Below, in pieces: positions 61,331-64,000 of a stretch of 64,000 bases of DNA (position 1 is its first letter; every line of letters begins with the position of its first letter). The position numbers and the translations under genes were made by a program. This stretch comes from an uncultured Planctomycetia bacterium (GTDB taxonomy: Bacteria; Planctomycetota; MHYJ01; WSZJ01): NCBI GenBank assembly GCA_964590435.1, contig CAZPWT010000005.1, positions 67,470 through 131,469 on the forward strand. Direction: 5' to 3'. Below the pieces are notes generated by a model that did no database searches, was not told the origin of the DNA, and saw only the letters and a program-made list of their open reading frames with translations.

Positions 61331-62539
61331 TCAGGCTCCTCGCGCGATGGCGTCCACGACCTTTCGCACGGTCTCGGTTTCCTCAACGTCGTGGACGCGC
61401 AGGAGATCGGCTCCCTGGGCGATGCACCACGCGGCGGCGCCGGCGCTCGGCAGGGCGCGGGCCGGCGCTTCGAGGCCGGTGAGCTTGCCGAGGAAGGACT
61501 TCCGTGAGACGCCGACGAGGAGCGGCCTTCCCAGCGTCCGGAGCTCCCGGAGCCGGGCGAGGATGTCCAGGTTGTGCTCCATCGTCTTCCCGAACCCGAT
61601 CCCGGGATCGACGATCAGCCGCTCCTCCGGGATCCCCGAGGCCTGCGCGATCGCCAGCGATTCCCGCAGCCACTGGCAGATCTCCGCGACCGGGTCGCGG
61701 TACCGCGGGCTCTGCTGCATCGTCCGCGGCGTCCCCCGGATGTGCATCACCACCGCCGCCACCCCGCGCTCTGCGATCAACGGCGCCATCGCCGCGTCGA
61801 AGCGAAGCCCGCTGATGTCGTTCACGATTGACGCCCCCGCGTCGATCGCCGCCCGCGCGACCTCCGCCTTCGTCGTGTCGATCGACACCGGCGCCTTCCC
61901 CTTCTTCGCCAGCCCCGCCACGACGGGAAGCACCCGCCGCTTTTCTTCTTCCGCGCTCACCGGCTCCGCCCCGGGCCGCGTCGACTCCCCGCCCACGTCC
62001 AGGACCGTCGCCCCCGCCGCCAGGAGCCGCTCGCCGTGCGCGATCGCCGCTTCCGCCTCCGCATACCGCCCGCCGTCGCTGAACGAGTCCGGCGTCACGT
62101 TCACGATCCCCATCAGTTGCGTCCGCCGCCCGAACTCCAGCCCGCCCGCCGCCGGCGGCACCTCGTGGTACCGCCTCGCCGCCCGGGCCAGCACCTCCGC
62201 CGCCGCGAACCCCGCGCACGCCTTCTCCGCCCGCTCGAACTGCTCCCGCGTCCCCGTCACCACCGCCGGCACCCGCGCCGTCGATCCCGGCTCCCCCGCG
62301 ACCAGCACTTCCCCGCCCCCGGCCGCCCATCGCGCCCGCAACTCGTACGCCTCCGCCGCCAGCAGATTCTCGATCGCCACCGACAGCCCCGCCAGCCGCG
62401 GCGGCGCCAGGTCCCGCACGTCCCCCGCAAACCCGAGGCGCGAAAGCTCGGCGCGGATCTGCGACACGGGGGCCGAAGCGACGACGCGCGGGTTCAGCCG
62501 GATTTCGTCGGGAGTCATGGCGCCGATCCTAGCCCGCAA
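61331..62539 (-). CDS. folP: Dihydropteroate synthase with a ~125-aa N-terminal extension
   Basis: Pterin-binding core GIVNVTPDSFSDGG...LDVGGESTRPGA...; C-terminal DPGIGFGKT. The N-terminal 125 aa has no recognised motif. Confidence 0.85.
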   Translation of the reverse strand: MRARIGAMTPDEIRLNPRVVASAPVSQIRAELSRLGFAGDVRDLAPPRLAGLSVAIENLLAAEAYELRARWAAGGGEVLVAGEPGSTARVPAVVTGTREQFERAEKACAGFAAAEVLARAARRYHEVPPAAGGLEFGRRTQLMGIVNVTPDSFSDGGRYAEAEAAIAHGERLLAAGATVLDVGGESTRPGAEPVSAEEEKRRVLPVVAGLAKKGKAPVSIDTTKAEVARAAIDAGASIVNDISGLRFDAAMAPLIAERGVAAVVMHIRGTPRTMQQSPRYRDPVAEICQWLRESLAIAQASGIPEERLIVDPGIGFGKTMEHNLDILARLRELRTLGRPLLVGVSRKSFLGKLTGLEAPARALPSAGAAAWCIAQGADLLRVHDVEETETVRKVVDAIARGA

Positions 62540-62561
62540 CGGGGCCGAGCGCGACTTCCGG

Positions 62562-64000
<1,439 letters not shown>

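Overview
This is a 64-kb segment of a high-GC (~68-70 %) bacterial chromosome, almost fully coding. The six-frame track is crowded with long antisense ORFs that I treat as GC-driven artefacts.

The gene content points to a PVC-like lineage, probably Planctomycetota-like: a DUF1559 (H-X9-DG) prepilin protein, many secreted low-complexity proteins, giant Ser/Thr kinases and STAND-type cyclases.

Main blocks, from start to end:
- a 5'-truncated ceramidase/C45-hydrolase fusion, pyrE, a SPOR protein, a DUF89 phosphatase, a histone-H1-like small basic protein and a PhoX-like phosphatase;
- two secreted proteins with depressed GC3 (possible horizontal island);
- a bona fide DNA topoisomerase VI pair (top6B then top6A), separated by a ~155-bp imperfect palindrome;
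- an Skp-like chaperone, a SWIM-SNF2 helicase, an adenylate-cyclase/AAA/TPR STAND protein, a GNAT acetyltransferase and a DUF1559 prepilin;
- a minus-strand type II secretion operon, gspD-E-F-G-H-I-J. Immediately upstream of it sit an ECF sigma factor, a FecR-like anti-sigma factor and an STN-domain protein, plus a lipoprotein whose domain is paralogous to the GspD N0 domain;
- a signal-peptide thioredoxin-fold protein whose CxxC motif reads W-TGA-K-Y-C, a strong candidate UxxC selenoprotein with a downstream hairpin;
- a DUF817-like membrane protein, a CotH-kinase lipoprotein, a family-III CoA transferase, a hemerythrin protein and a cyclophilin-PDZ protein;
- a Cys/His-containing proline-rich tandem-repeat secreted protein, a tandem-duplicated Pol-beta nucleotidyltransferase and a 1707-aa kinase-PEGA-PQQ/FG-GAP-TPR protein;
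- an M29-like/PAS/GAF/GGDEF diguanylate cyclase and a second ECF sigma factor;
- a conserved ftsH-folP-cdaA-cdaR-glmM-pdxJ-dapA block with an AT-rich repeat upstream of the c-di-AMP synthase gene.

Two families of dispersed palindromic intergenic repeats recur: GTCGAAGG-type, and GTTCCG/GTTGCG hexamer hairpins. There are also several clean intrinsic terminators and two striking AT-only palindromes in an otherwise GC-rich context.

No rRNA, tRNA, CRISPR array or transposase was recognised.
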